From NCBI GenBank assembly GCA_038240295.1, contig JBBSDW010000003.1, forward strand, positions 1-53,120: a stretch of DNA of 53,120 bases, given 5' to 3'. A program made the translations under genes and the position numbers. Positions 8,716 to 17,533 of the stretch are shown here, in pieces (position 1 is the stretch's first letter; every line of letters starts with the position of its first letter). The notes under the pieces are model-generated. The model saw nothing but the letters and a program-made list of their open reading frames with translations, made no database searches and was not told the DNA's origin. Source of the stretch: Candidatus Kapaibacterium sp. GTDB lineage: Bacteria > Bacteroidota > Ignavibacteria > Palsa-1295.

Positions 8716-9795
8716 ATGGCCCAAACGATGATGGCGCTCCGCAAAACCAAACGTGGACGCGGAGCAGAAATGCAGGAAATCCCGATTCCGGAGATCAAGC
8801 CGAACGAAGTCCTCATCAAGATCCACGCTTCGAGCCTCTGCGGCACCGACGTCCATATTTACGAGTGGGATTCGTGGGCGCAGTCGCGCATTAAGACTGT
8901 CCCCTATACCGTCGGCCATGAGACGACAGGGCAGGTCATGAAGGCTGGCGCGGTTGTCTCGCGAGTCAAAGAGGGCGACATCGTTTCGGTCGAGACGCAT
9001 ATCCCTTGTCTGCACTGTAAGCAGTGCTTGACAGGTCAGATGCATATCTGCCACAATCTTCAGATCCTCGGTGTCGATCGCGACGGTGCATTTGCCGAGT
9101 ATCTCGTCGTGCCTGAAGTCGTGCTCTGGAAGAACGACACCAGCATTGCGCCTGAATTCTTATCCATCCAGGAGCCGCTCGGTAATGCCGTTCATGCAAC
9201 ATTGATCGAACCGGTGCATGGCAAATCCGTTGCGATCCTGGGTGATGGTCCTATCGGATTATTTGCGGTTGGAGTTGCGCGTGCCTGCGGTGCAACCAAA
9301 ATTTTTCTGACCGGTCTCGATCCTTTTCGTCTTAACATCGGCAAGCAGATGGGTGCTGATGTGATCATCAATGTCGCGAAAGAAGATGCCGTGCAGGTCA
9401 TCAAAGATGCGACTGATGGATTGGGCGCGGATGTTGCGCTCGAAATGTCGGGTGCGAATCAATCGATGCAGGCAGGCATTGCAGCGCTTCGACGCGGCGG
9501 CAGGTTTTGCTTCTTTGGTATCTACAAAGACAATCTTGTACCGACGCCGCTCAACGATATCGTCTTCAACGGCGGCACGTTCTATGGCATCAATGGCAGG
9601 TTGATGTTCGATACGTGGTTTACTGTTTCGAATTTGCTTTCGTCGAAACGGTTGGATGTGACGCCAGTCGTCACGCATAAAATGCCGCTCACAAATTTTG
9701 AAGAAGCCTTCGAACTTATGATCGAAGTGCCAAAGAAAGTCGGGAAGATCGTACTCTTTCCCGATTCGCAGTTCATGACGAACGGCACTCACTAA
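8716..9795 (+). CDS. tdh: L-threonine 3-dehydrogenase
   Basis: CGTDVHIYEWDSWAQ, GHE, structural Zn C-x2-C-x2-C-x7-C, QEPLGNAVH, GINGRLMFDTW. Confidence 0.92.
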   Translation: MAQTMMALRKTKRGRGAEMQEIPIPEIKPNEVLIKIHASSLCGTDVHIYEWDSWAQSRIKTVPYTVGHETTGQVMKAGAVVSRVKEGDIVSVETHIPCLHCKQCLTGQMHICHNLQILGVDRDGAFAEYLVVPEVVLWKNDTSIAPEFLSIQEPLGNAVHATLIEPVHGKSVAILGDGPIGLFAVGVARACGATKIFLTGLDPFRLNIGKQMGADVIINVAKEDAVQVIKDATDGLGADVALEMSGANQSMQAGIAALRRGGRFCFFGIYKDNLVPTPLNDIVFNGGTFYGINGRLMFDTWFTVSNLLSSKRLDVTPVVTHKMPLTNFEEAFELMIEVPKKVGKIVLFPDSQFMTNGTH

Positions 9796-9822
9796 TTCTC
9801 GCTCAAATCTTACTATAATATC

Positions 9823-10701
9823 ATGCCCAATACTGAAACAGCAACGACCATCGAAGAACCGAAGACCACTCTCCTGCAGATCGGTCACTCCCCTGACCCT
9901 GACGATGCATTCATGTTCTATGGCTTTGCGTCAAAGAAGGTAACGATCCCCGGTTTCGAGATCGATCACGTGCTCGCCGATATTCAATCGCTCAATAAAC
10001 GCGCGATGCGCGGCGAACTTCCGGTGACAGCGATCAGTGCGCATGCTTATCCCTACGTTTCGGATAAATACTGGATCATGAAAACCGGCGCCTCGATGGG
10101 TGAAGGTTACGGACCGATCATCGTTTCGAAAAAATATTCGACGATGGAAGAACTTCGCGCAAACAATGCGACAATCGGTCAGCCGGGTAAACTCACCACG
10201 GCCAATCTGCTGCTCAAAGTGTGGTTCGGCGACATCCGCTCGATCGAAATGGAGTTCGACAAATTGATCGATGCCGTTCTCAACGACGAGATCGATGCTG
10301 GTTTGCTTATTCACGAAGGTCAGATCACGTGGAAGGATTATGGCCTGAACAAGCTCGCAGATTTTGGTGAGCTGTGGCAAGCGCAGTCGGGTGGGCTTCC
10401 GCTTCCGCTCGGGCTCGATTGTGTCCGCAAAGATCTCGGAATGGAAACCGCGCAGGCAATTTCTACAGCTCTTCAGGAATCGATCCGAGTCAGCTACGAC
10501 AATCAGGATCAGTCGATCCCCTACGCGCTCGAATGGGGTCGCGGCATCAGCGCAGAATTGGGCAGCACGTTCGTCAAGATGTATGTCAACGAAGTAACCC
10601 TCGACATGGGCGAGCGCGGCAAAAAAGCGCTTGACATGCTCTTCAAGATGGGCTCGGATAAAGGGATCATTCCTGAGGTTGGCGAGATTGAGTTGGTGTG
10701 A
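9823..10701 (+). CDS. mqnD: 1,4-dihydroxy-6-naphthoate synthase (futalosine menaquinone pathway)
   Basis: IGHSPDPDDAFMFYG, DIQSLN, GEGYGP, GLLIHEG, LPLPLG, MYVNE. Confidence 0.92.
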   Translation: MPNTETATTIEEPKTTLLQIGHSPDPDDAFMFYGFASKKVTIPGFEIDHVLADIQSLNKRAMRGELPVTAISAHAYPYVSDKYWIMKTGASMGEGYGPIIVSKKYSTMEELRANNATIGQPGKLTTANLLLKVWFGDIRSIEMEFDKLIDAVLNDEIDAGLLIHEGQITWKDYGLNKLADFGELWQAQSGGLPLPLGLDCVRKDLGMETAQAISTALQESIRVSYDNQDQSIPYALEWGRGISAELGSTFVKMYVNEVTLDMGERGKKALDMLFKMGSDKGIIPEVGEIELV

Positions 10702-10723
10702 CGGTTACTCACGATGTTATTTT

Positions 10724-12076
10724 ATGCGGATAAGATATCTGCTCCTTCTACTTTGTTGCCTCTCTTCCACCACTGTGGCGCGCGCGTGATGGGAGCCGGT
10801 GCTTATCGATACCAATGCCAGGTTCGAACAGGCGGTCTTTACCGATTCGCTTACTGGATACATTTTAGGCTATAGCAATCCGCCGCAGCAGCTTCCCCTT
10901 CTTTATCGGACGTTCGATGGCGGAGAAACCTGGAGTCGCTTACGATTTCCTTTCGATACTACTGCCAACGAGTTTCCAACGTTGTACGCCTGGGGCCAGC
11001 ATGATATTTATCTTTTCACCGTCTCGCACGGGCTGATCGTGAGCCATGGTGGAGATCCGATGTGGGAGACACTTGCACTCCCCAAATCTCACTTTGGCAA
11101 TATTTACTACGGTCTATCCTCCGCAGGCTCGCTGGTTCGCTTCAGCTATGATTTGTGTATTTGCAGGTCTCTACCGACTCCGGCCAAACGTATCACAGTG
11201 CCGAGGACAATGTATTGGCAACGAAGTGGGTGATGCCGACATCTCCGAAGATCGAGGCCCTGTATTTGGATAGTTCGACCTGGATTTTTGCGTCGAAGAC
11301 TCCGGAAGGTATCGCTACGTTGCTTAGCACGAACGCCGGAAAGTTCTGGTCTTATTTCCATCAGTCCCTCGGTGGTTCGGACTCGAATCTTAGCTATCAA
11401 CCAGTCAAGGCACCTGACGGAAGTTCGGTTTGGGCTTACAATGTCGGCTATGGACCTCGCAGCGAAGGACCCGGCGATTTTCTTGTCTCGAAAGACTCCG
11501 GCCGGACCTGGACGGTTACGGGGAAGACACTCGGTCCTCGCTCGGTAACACTGGCACCAGCTGGAGGCAACGACTTGTAGGCAAGCGGCACAACCGACGA
11601 TACACTTGGTACGAACAGCCGCGTTACCTCCGTCTTCCACAGCGTGAACGGCGGAGCGTCGTGGAATATCGACTCGAGTTCGATCGCACTTGGCCAGATT
11701 AAGTATATCTATTTCGCAGATCCGCGCCACGGATGGATCGTTTCTGATTCCAAACGAGGTGGCTTCAAAAATGGAATGTTTGTCTATCGCTATGTTCCCG
11801 ATGGCTTGAGCGTTGCAGCAAAGCTGGTCTCGAACGCATCGCTCACTGTCTTCCCAAATCCAGCGTCTTCGAGCATCTCGCTTCGGTTTAACCTGGCGCA
11901 GACTCCCGACAAAATTGAGATCGTCGACGCGATCGGACGAACAGTTTATGCAAGGTCAGGAACAACTGGAAAACGATCTGCATGTCGATACACGATCGTT
12001 CCCGAAAGGGTACTATAATGTTCGTGTTCGGACGCGAGGTGAGTTCGTGGTAAGATCGTTTGTGATCGTTCGGTGA
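10724..12076 (+). pseudogene. Disrupted BNR/YCF48-type beta-propeller protein with T9SS C-terminal sorting domain
   Basis: ATG 10724 gives signal peptide ...TVARA. Lesions: in-frame TGA 10787, frameshift ~11153, in-frame TAG 11578, frameshift ~11950. Contains BNR motifs (TFDGGETW, STNAGKFW, SKDSGRTW, SVNGGASW) and CTD (VFPNPASS...PKGYYNVRV...SFVIVR). Confidence 0.85.
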
Positions 12077-12109
12077 TGTTCAAGCACTGAACGCTTCCGT
12101 CAGCGAAGC

Positions 12110-12439
12110 TTAATTCTCTTTTGGATAAAAAATGATCTCGAGCGCATTGCCGGATGGGTCGTAGATGTAGAAGGATTCCGATTGATCACGGTGGCGCTTG
12201 ATGATTGAGCCGGATTTGGCGGCTTCTGCGATTAGCTCTTCGCGTGTTTCTACTCGATAGGCGATGTGTGGCGGATGTTCGCCTTTTGTTACGAACGCGA
12301 TCTTCACACCTCCGCTTGAGATCAGTGCCCAGCTTTTATCAAGATAGAGGACTTGTGTGTCGGGAAAGGTCGCACGATAAAATTCTACTGTCCCTTGAAT
12401 GTTCTCGGTTTCGAATGCGAGATGATCGAAATGCATCAT
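12110..12439 (-). CDS. VOC/glyoxalase-family protein
   Basis: FDHLAF, PHIAYRV, FYIYDPSGNALEII. ATG 12439 overlaps the upstream TGA. Confidence 0.85.
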   Translation of the reverse strand: MMHFDHLAFETENIQGTVEFYRATFPDTQVLYLDKSWALISSGGVKIAFVTKGEHPPHIAYRVETREELIAEAAKSGSIIKRHRDQSESFYIYDPSGNALEIIFYPKEN

Positions 12440-13449
12440 TGGACAAATTCGGATAATGCGAGTAAGTATGCGCCTGTCCCCCACCACCACTCTCCGGTCG
12501 CGAGGGATTTGTAATATTCAACCGTGCCAGGCCAAGTGCCTTCGGAGGTTTGCATGAATTTTCCTTCCGCATCGACACAAGCGGCAAGACCATTGAACGC
12601 AGCAGTGATCACGTGCTCATGACCGCTCAAGACACCCAAATCCGCAGCACGCTTGAATGCGAAGAGATTCATCGCAGAGGCCGAGCTTTCAGGATAGGCA
12701 TCGGGATCATCGAGGATCGTACGCCATAAGCCAGATTCGGTTTGAAGCGGCGCAAGTGCATTTGCGAGCATGATAAATTTTTGCTTCAATACACTGCGGT
12801 CGTCGGTTTCTAACAACGGCAGAACTTCGGCCGCCGTCATCATCACCCAGCCGTTCCCACGTGCCCATGAACCTTGACTTCGAATAGCCGAAGCATTCTC
12901 TTTGCAATGAATAAAGAATGGCTTCTCACCATCTTTCAGAATTCGCAAGTGCGAAGTGACTTGGGACATCGCTTCAGCTTGCCACGGCCTGCTCAAATAC
13001 AAACCAAGTTTCGCAAGCGGCACCGCAGAATAATAAACGGTGTCGATATAGATATTCGGAAGATCGACGTTGTGCAGGATCACGCCGTCGCCGTTGCGAA
13101 GCGCTTTGTGAAGCATAAAGTCATAAATGCGCTCGGCGGTCTCATCGAGTTGCAAGCGCACTTCCGGAAACCACTTAACGATCTCGGGATAAAGCAAACC
13201 AAAACTCCATGAGCCGCAAAAATAGTTAACATGCAGCTGCTCGCTCATGTGAAAATGCACCCACGTCTTCAAGTACGCATACGCCCGTTCGTCGTACTTC
13301 GCCGAGAGGCTGCGCAGCAAGCCATACATCGCCAGTGCCTGTCCCCAATCGGTTGATTGGGATTGCGCGCGATATCGAGCGATCCAGGAATTACGAACAC
13401 GCTCGATAAGCTCGATCGCCCGCTCGGATGTTGGTTGGCTACTCACCAT
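12436..13449 (-). CDS. Glycoside hydrolase family 105/88 (unsaturated uronyl hydrolase, YteR-like)
   Basis: DWGQAL, YIDTVYY, WARGNGW, GLWRTILDDP..YPESSASA. Confidence 0.85.
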   Translation of the reverse strand: MVSSQPTSERAIELIERVRNSWIARYRAQSQSTDWGQALAMYGLLRSLSAKYDERAYAYLKTWVHFHMSEQLHVNYFCGSWSFGLLYPEIVKWFPEVRLQLDETAERIYDFMLHKALRNGDGVILHNVDLPNIYIDTVYYSAVPLAKLGLYLSRPWQAEAMSQVTSHLRILKDGEKPFFIHCKENASAIRSQGSWARGNGWVMMTAAEVLPLLETDDRSVLKQKFIMLANALAPLQTESGLWRTILDDPDAYPESSASAMNLFAFKRAADLGVLSGHEHVITAAFNGLAACVDAEGKFMQTSEGTWPGTVEYYKSLATGEWWWGTGAYLLALSEFVQ

Positions 13450-13452
13450 CGG

Positions 13453-14085
13453 TCAACGCTTTGCCGCTGCAACAGCCATTCTCGCACGTGCTCTGACTTC
13501 ACCAAAACCTTTTTGATCGATGTCGAGATCGGTCACGAGCGAGGAGCCTAACCCAACAGCTGAAGCACCGGCGGTAAACCACTCGCTTACATTGGACGGC
13601 GTGACACCATTCGTCGGCACGAAGCGGATATCCGGCAACGGTCCACGAATCGCTTTGATGTAATCGGGACCAAGCCCCGCAAGCGGAAAAAGCTTGACGA
13701 AGTCGGCGCCGGCGATCGATGCCTGCCATGCTTCCGTCGGAGTCAGTGCGCCGATCATCGAAGCCACTCCAACCTGCTGCGCGACGGCGAGCATATCGAG
13801 ATCGGTGACCGGACTCACCAAAAACTTCGCGCCGCGCTCGACTGCTTTCATTGCAGCTTCGACACCGATCACTGTTCCGGCGCCCACAAGCATATCAGGA
13901 CAGGCACGCTCAACGATCTGGATCGCATCAAGTGCGTTCTTGCTGTTCAGCGTGATCTCGATCGTCTTGATGCCTTCTTCAAAAAGCGCGGTGGCAAGTT
14001 CTTCGATGCGCTCTATTCTCTGCAACCTGATAACGGCAAAGAGTCGTGCATCGAGAATGCGTTTAACAATTGCTGAAGTGGCCAT
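13453..14085 (-). CDS. eda: KDPG/KHG aldolase
   Basis: IEITLNS, VGAGTV, GAKFLVSP, GALTPTE, VKLFP, FVPTNGV. Confidence 0.9.
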   Translation of the reverse strand: MATSAIVKRILDARLFAVIRLQRIERIEELATALFEEGIKTIEITLNSKNALDAIQIVERACPDMLVGAGTVIGVEAAMKAVERGAKFLVSPVTDLDMLAVAQQVGVASMIGALTPTEAWQASIAGADFVKLFPLAGLGPDYIKAIRGPLPDIRFVPTNGVTPSNVSEWFTAGASAVGLGSSLVTDLDIDQKGFGEVRARARMAVAAAKR

Positions 14086-14091
14086 GCGTGT

Positions 14092-14748
14092 TTAAAAGGT
14101 CTTGAAACTTTTGAATAATTCAACTGCGCTGACACCCTGCTCGAGTCCGAGCGCGGTCTTGCGTTCGCCGGTGAGCGTCGCGTCGAGTTCGGTCAGAAGC
14201 GAATTCAGCATTGTTTGCGGTAGGGCGATCACACCGTTCGCATCTCCAAAAATAATATCACCGGGCGAAACATCGACTCCGCCGATCGTGATCGGCACGT
14301 TATAAGAATGCATGTAACCGCGCCGGCGGATATCTTTTACGGTGCGATACGTCCCGAAGATCGGGAATCCAAGTTGTGCAATTTGTTCGAAATCGCGAAC
14401 GCCTCCATTGACCACAGCTCCCCTGGCACCGCGTGCGAGTGCGCGGCTCGACATGAGTCCTCCCCAAAGCGCAGCATCGATGTCATCATCGGCTGCAACC
14501 AGCACAACAGCATCCTTCGGAATACTATCGATCATTTCGAGCAACGTATCGATCTCGACATACTCGCTCGTAGACACGACGCGGCAAGGATACGCGAAGC
14601 CCGCAACTTTTAATGACGCGGAAAATGGAATCGACTGTATCGAATGATGAAGGATCTGTCCCGAGATTCGCATCCGGTCCATGGTGTCGCTGATAAGCGG
14701 CGTGAAAAGCGACTCGATAAATTCAAGCTGCGGATGGCGTTCCTTCAT
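14092..14748 (-). CDS. RraA-family / 4-hydroxy-4-methyl-2-oxoglutarate aldolase-like protein
   Basis: ISDTMD, ALWGGLMS, GAVVNGGVRD, VSPGDIIFGDANGVI. Confidence 0.85.
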   Translation of the reverse strand: MKERHPQLEFIESLFTPLISDTMDRMRISGQILHHSIQSIPFSASLKVAGFAYPCRVVSTSEYVEIDTLLEMIDSIPKDAVVLVAADDDIDAALWGGLMSSRALARGARGAVVNGGVRDFEQIAQLGFPIFGTYRTVKDIRRRGYMHSYNVPITIGGVDVSPGDIIFGDANGVIALPQTMLNSLLTELDATLTGERKTALGLEQGVSAVELFKSFKTF

Positions 14749-15536
14749 CGCAGACCTGTCGGCATCGATTCGAAGCCCGGCTGCACGTTCACATTCGCGA
14801 GCGTCCGCCAGGTATCATCTTCAAGCGAACAAAGCACCCAGCAGAAATTTACCGGATAGCCTGGCGCCGCGACATTCGGATGATAACCGCGGACGATCGT
14901 TACAGCATCGTCTTCATAAACCGGCTGGACGAATTCGGGATTGTCAAGATCGGAATAAATGAACTGCGTGCCGAACCCCGGCTTCGGCATTTCAAAGAAA
15001 AGGTAAAGCTCCTCGCGCGTGGCGGCATGTTCGTGCGGCGGCCACGATGTCCAGTTGCCGGGCTTCGACATCGTCACTCCCATGAGCAGCCGTGAGCCTT
15101 CGACATTTTCAGCGATCACTTTATGAATGTCGCGGTAGTAGGGCTCCGCACCGACATGGAGCGTGAGCGAATCGCTTTTCTCAACTTCATTCTTGAAGTT
15201 GACATATTTCGTCGGCCAGGTTTTTTCAGTCGGGGCGGAAGCTTCCACAATGTCAACGCTTGTTTTCGCGCTAACCGAAAATTCCGCGCCGCGCGAAACG
15301 TAGACGCCATCGAACCGGGAAAGCTGAAAACTCTCACCAGCAACCGTGACGGTCGCTTCGCCTTTCATGCAAAGCAGCGTCGTTTCGCGTCCCTCGTTCG
15401 TCGCCCTCACAGACTGATTCTGTCCAAGAATAATGCGCCCAGCATGTATCGCTTTGAATTCAGAGTTCTCCGGTGTGATCGAAATATTCCGGCCATTCGC
15501 AGAAGCAGTATTTCTAAAGAGCCAATCAGATGTCAT
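14745..15536 (-). CDS. IolB/KduI-family deoxy-uronate isomerase
   Basis: Bicupin; GNWTSWPPHEH, EELYLF, GYHPNVAAPGY. Sequence is IolB-like. Confidence 0.85.
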   Translation of the reverse strand: MTSDWLFRNTASANGRNISITPENSEFKAIHAGRIILGQNQSVRATNEGRETTLLCMKGEATVTVAGESFQLSRFDGVYVSRGAEFSVSAKTSVDIVEASAPTEKTWPTKYVNFKNEVEKSDSLTLHVGAEPYYRDIHKVIAENVEGSRLLMGVTMSKPGNWTSWPPHEHAATREELYLFFEMPKPGFGTQFIYSDLDNPEFVQPVYEDDAVTIVRGYHPNVAAPGYPVNFCWVLCSLEDDTWRTLANVNVQPGFESMPTGLR

Positions 15537-15545
15537 AGGATAAAC

Positions 15546-16313
15546 TTAGTAAGCCATGAAGCCGCCATCGATCACGAGAACGTGACCGTTCATATAGTCC
15601 GAAGCTTTTGATGCGAGATAAACGATGGTGCCGGCAAGATCGTCCGGTTCGCCATATCGACCGGCAGGAATGCGCGCAAGTATCTGTGCGCTCCGTTCCG
15701 AATTCGATCGAAGCGCCGCCGTTGCTTCGGTTCGGATGTAACCTGGTGCGATCGCATTGACACAAACGCCGTATTTCGCCCATTCATTTGCAAGCGCTTT
15801 TGTCAGTTGTGCGACTCCGCCTTTTGCCGCAGCGTATGCCGCAACATTGAGTCCTCCACTAAAGGATAGTAACGATGCAAGATTTACGATCTTCCCGCTC
15901 CCCTGTTCGATCATCAATTTGCCGACGGCCTGCGCCCAACCGAAGACCGCGTTGAGATTTGTATTGACTACGTCGTTCCAGTCTTTGCCGGTGATGTCGA
16001 TCGCGGCGGCGCGACGAATGATGCCTGCATTGTTGATCAGAATGTCGATCGTCCCAAACTGGCTTATGGCTTTTTGCAGCGTTGTCATCATGTCGCTCGC
16101 ATCGGTCACGTCGCCCGGCGCAATGAGCACTTTTGTTGACATGAGGCTTGCAGTTTCTTTCAAACCATCTTCATCGCGAGCTACAAGCACAACGTTTGCG
16201 CCGGCATTGCTCAACGCAATTGCGGCCGCCCGGCCAAGCCCGCGCGATGCACCAGTGACGATGGCCGTCTTGCCATCGAGCGCGAACTGTTCGTGCAGGA
16301 AGGATTCGCTCAC
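15546..16313 (-). CDS. kduD: 2-dehydro-3-deoxy-D-gluconate 5-dehydrogenase (SDR)
   Basis: TGASRGLG, NNAGIIRR, ASLLSFSGG, YAAAK, ALANEWA, IPAGRYG, YMNGHVLVIDGG. Confidence 0.85.
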   Translation of the reverse strand: MSESFLHEQFALDGKTAIVTGASRGLGRAAAIALSNAGANVVLVARDEDGLKETASLMSTKVLIAPGDVTDASDMMTTLQKAISQFGTIDILINNAGIIRRAAAIDITGKDWNDVVNTNLNAVFGWAQAVGKLMIEQGSGKIVNLASLLSFSGGLNVAAYAAAKGGVAQLTKALANEWAKYGVCVNAIAPGYIRTEATAALRSNSERSAQILARIPAGRYGEPDDLAGTIVYLASKASDYMNGHVLVIDGGFMAY

Positions 16314-17446
16314 AGCGTAAGGGTAGCCTGCGCCGCTTCGTAGCGTGCGATGAATTCTGGATCGCGTTTACGCAAGTTCTCATGGTCGATGCGCTTGCTT
16401 CGCATCATCAGTCTGTAGGCGAATGAGAGCGGGTCGAGATGCATGTATTCGCGCAGGTGCTCGAACCAGAGCAAACTCTCCTGCGCTGCTTTCTGATAAT
16501 CGTCGATCATCGGTTTACGGCGCGCCGTAAATAACTCCAGTGCACCGGTCACTTCCGGTTGTTCGAGCATTGCGTCATAGAGCGCGATGGAATCTTCAAG
16601 CGCAAGCTTCGTGCCTGAGCCGATCGAGAAATGTGCGGTATGCAGTGCGTCGCCCAGAAGCACGAAGTTATCAAAATGCCAGCTGTTATTCTTGACGAGA
16701 AGAAAGTTGAGCCACTGAGATTTATTCGAAAGTAGTATGTGCCCATTCAGATCCTGCGCGAATACTTTCTCAAGGTAGCTGGCGCTTTCCGTTTCGGTCA
16801 TCGTCTCGAAGCCTGCCTTCTCCCATGTCTCGTGGTCGCATTCGACGATGAAGGTGCTTGTATCACGATTGAATTTGTAGCTATGCGCTGCGAAGACACC
16901 GCCGTTGTATTCGCGAAACGTAAGCGTAAGCGCATGGAACATCTGATGTGTCCCCCACCAGATATATTTATTGGGGCGAATGCTCAGCTCCGGCTGAAAT
17001 TTATCCTGATAGCGCTGGCGTACAAGGCTGTTGACACCGTCGGCACCTATGATGAGATCGCAATCTTCCAGCGATGCAGGATCCTCAATGAACGTGTTGA
17101 ACCGGATATTGACGCCGAGCGATTCAGCGCGTCGCGAAAGGATCTGCAGCAACTTGAGCCGCTGCATTCCGGCAAACCTGTTACCCTTTACGGTGATGAC
17201 CTCATCGCCTTTGACCACCGCGACGTTCTCCCAAACGGCAAATGCTTCTGCAAGTCTTTCATAGGATTCAGCATCGTAATCGCGGAGCTTCCGGAGCGTG
17301 TTCTCCGAAAAAACAACTCCCCAGCCGAACGTGTCGGTCGGGCCGTTGCGTTCGTAAATCGTGATATCGTGGTTCGGATCGCGCTTCTTCAACAGAATTG
17401 CGAGATACAAACCTGATGGCCCGCCTCCAATGATACCGATCTTCAT
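16310..17446 (-). CDS. FAD-dependent monooxygenase resembling the N-terminal domain of anthraniloyl-CoA/salicylyl-CoA monooxygenase
   Basis: IGGGPSGLY, TFGWGVVFS, GADGVNS, GDALHTAHFSIGSGTKLALED, SLLWFE. Confidence 0.85.
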   Translation of the reverse strand: MKIGIIGGGPSGLYLAILLKKRDPNHDITIYERNGPTDTFGWGVVFSENTLRKLRDYDAESYERLAEAFAVWENVAVVKGDEVITVKGNRFAGMQRLKLLQILSRRAESLGVNIRFNTFIEDPASLEDCDLIIGADGVNSLVRQRYQDKFQPELSIRPNKYIWWGTHQMFHALTLTFREYNGGVFAAHSYKFNRDTSTFIVECDHETWEKAGFETMTETESASYLEKVFAQDLNGHILLSNKSQWLNFLLVKNNSWHFDNFVLLGDALHTAHFSIGSGTKLALEDSIALYDAMLEQPEVTGALELFTARRKPMIDDYQKAAQESLLWFEHLREYMHLDPLSFAYRLMMRSKRIDHENLRKRDPEFIARYEAAQATLTL

Positions 17447-17492
17447 GCCGTGCGAATGTTCTGCCCGAATACAACTGGTGCTGGGCGCAGCA

Positions 17493-17500
17493 CAAATTTA
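17493..17500 (-). promoter_or_regulatory. Candidate Bacteroidota-type -7 element for the uronate operon
   Basis: TAAATTTG on the minus strand, 47 bp upstream of ATG 17446. No well-spaced -33 element found. Confidence 0.35.
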
Positions 17501-17533
17501 TGAAGCTTTATCTGGCGAACCTTGCGAGCGGAT

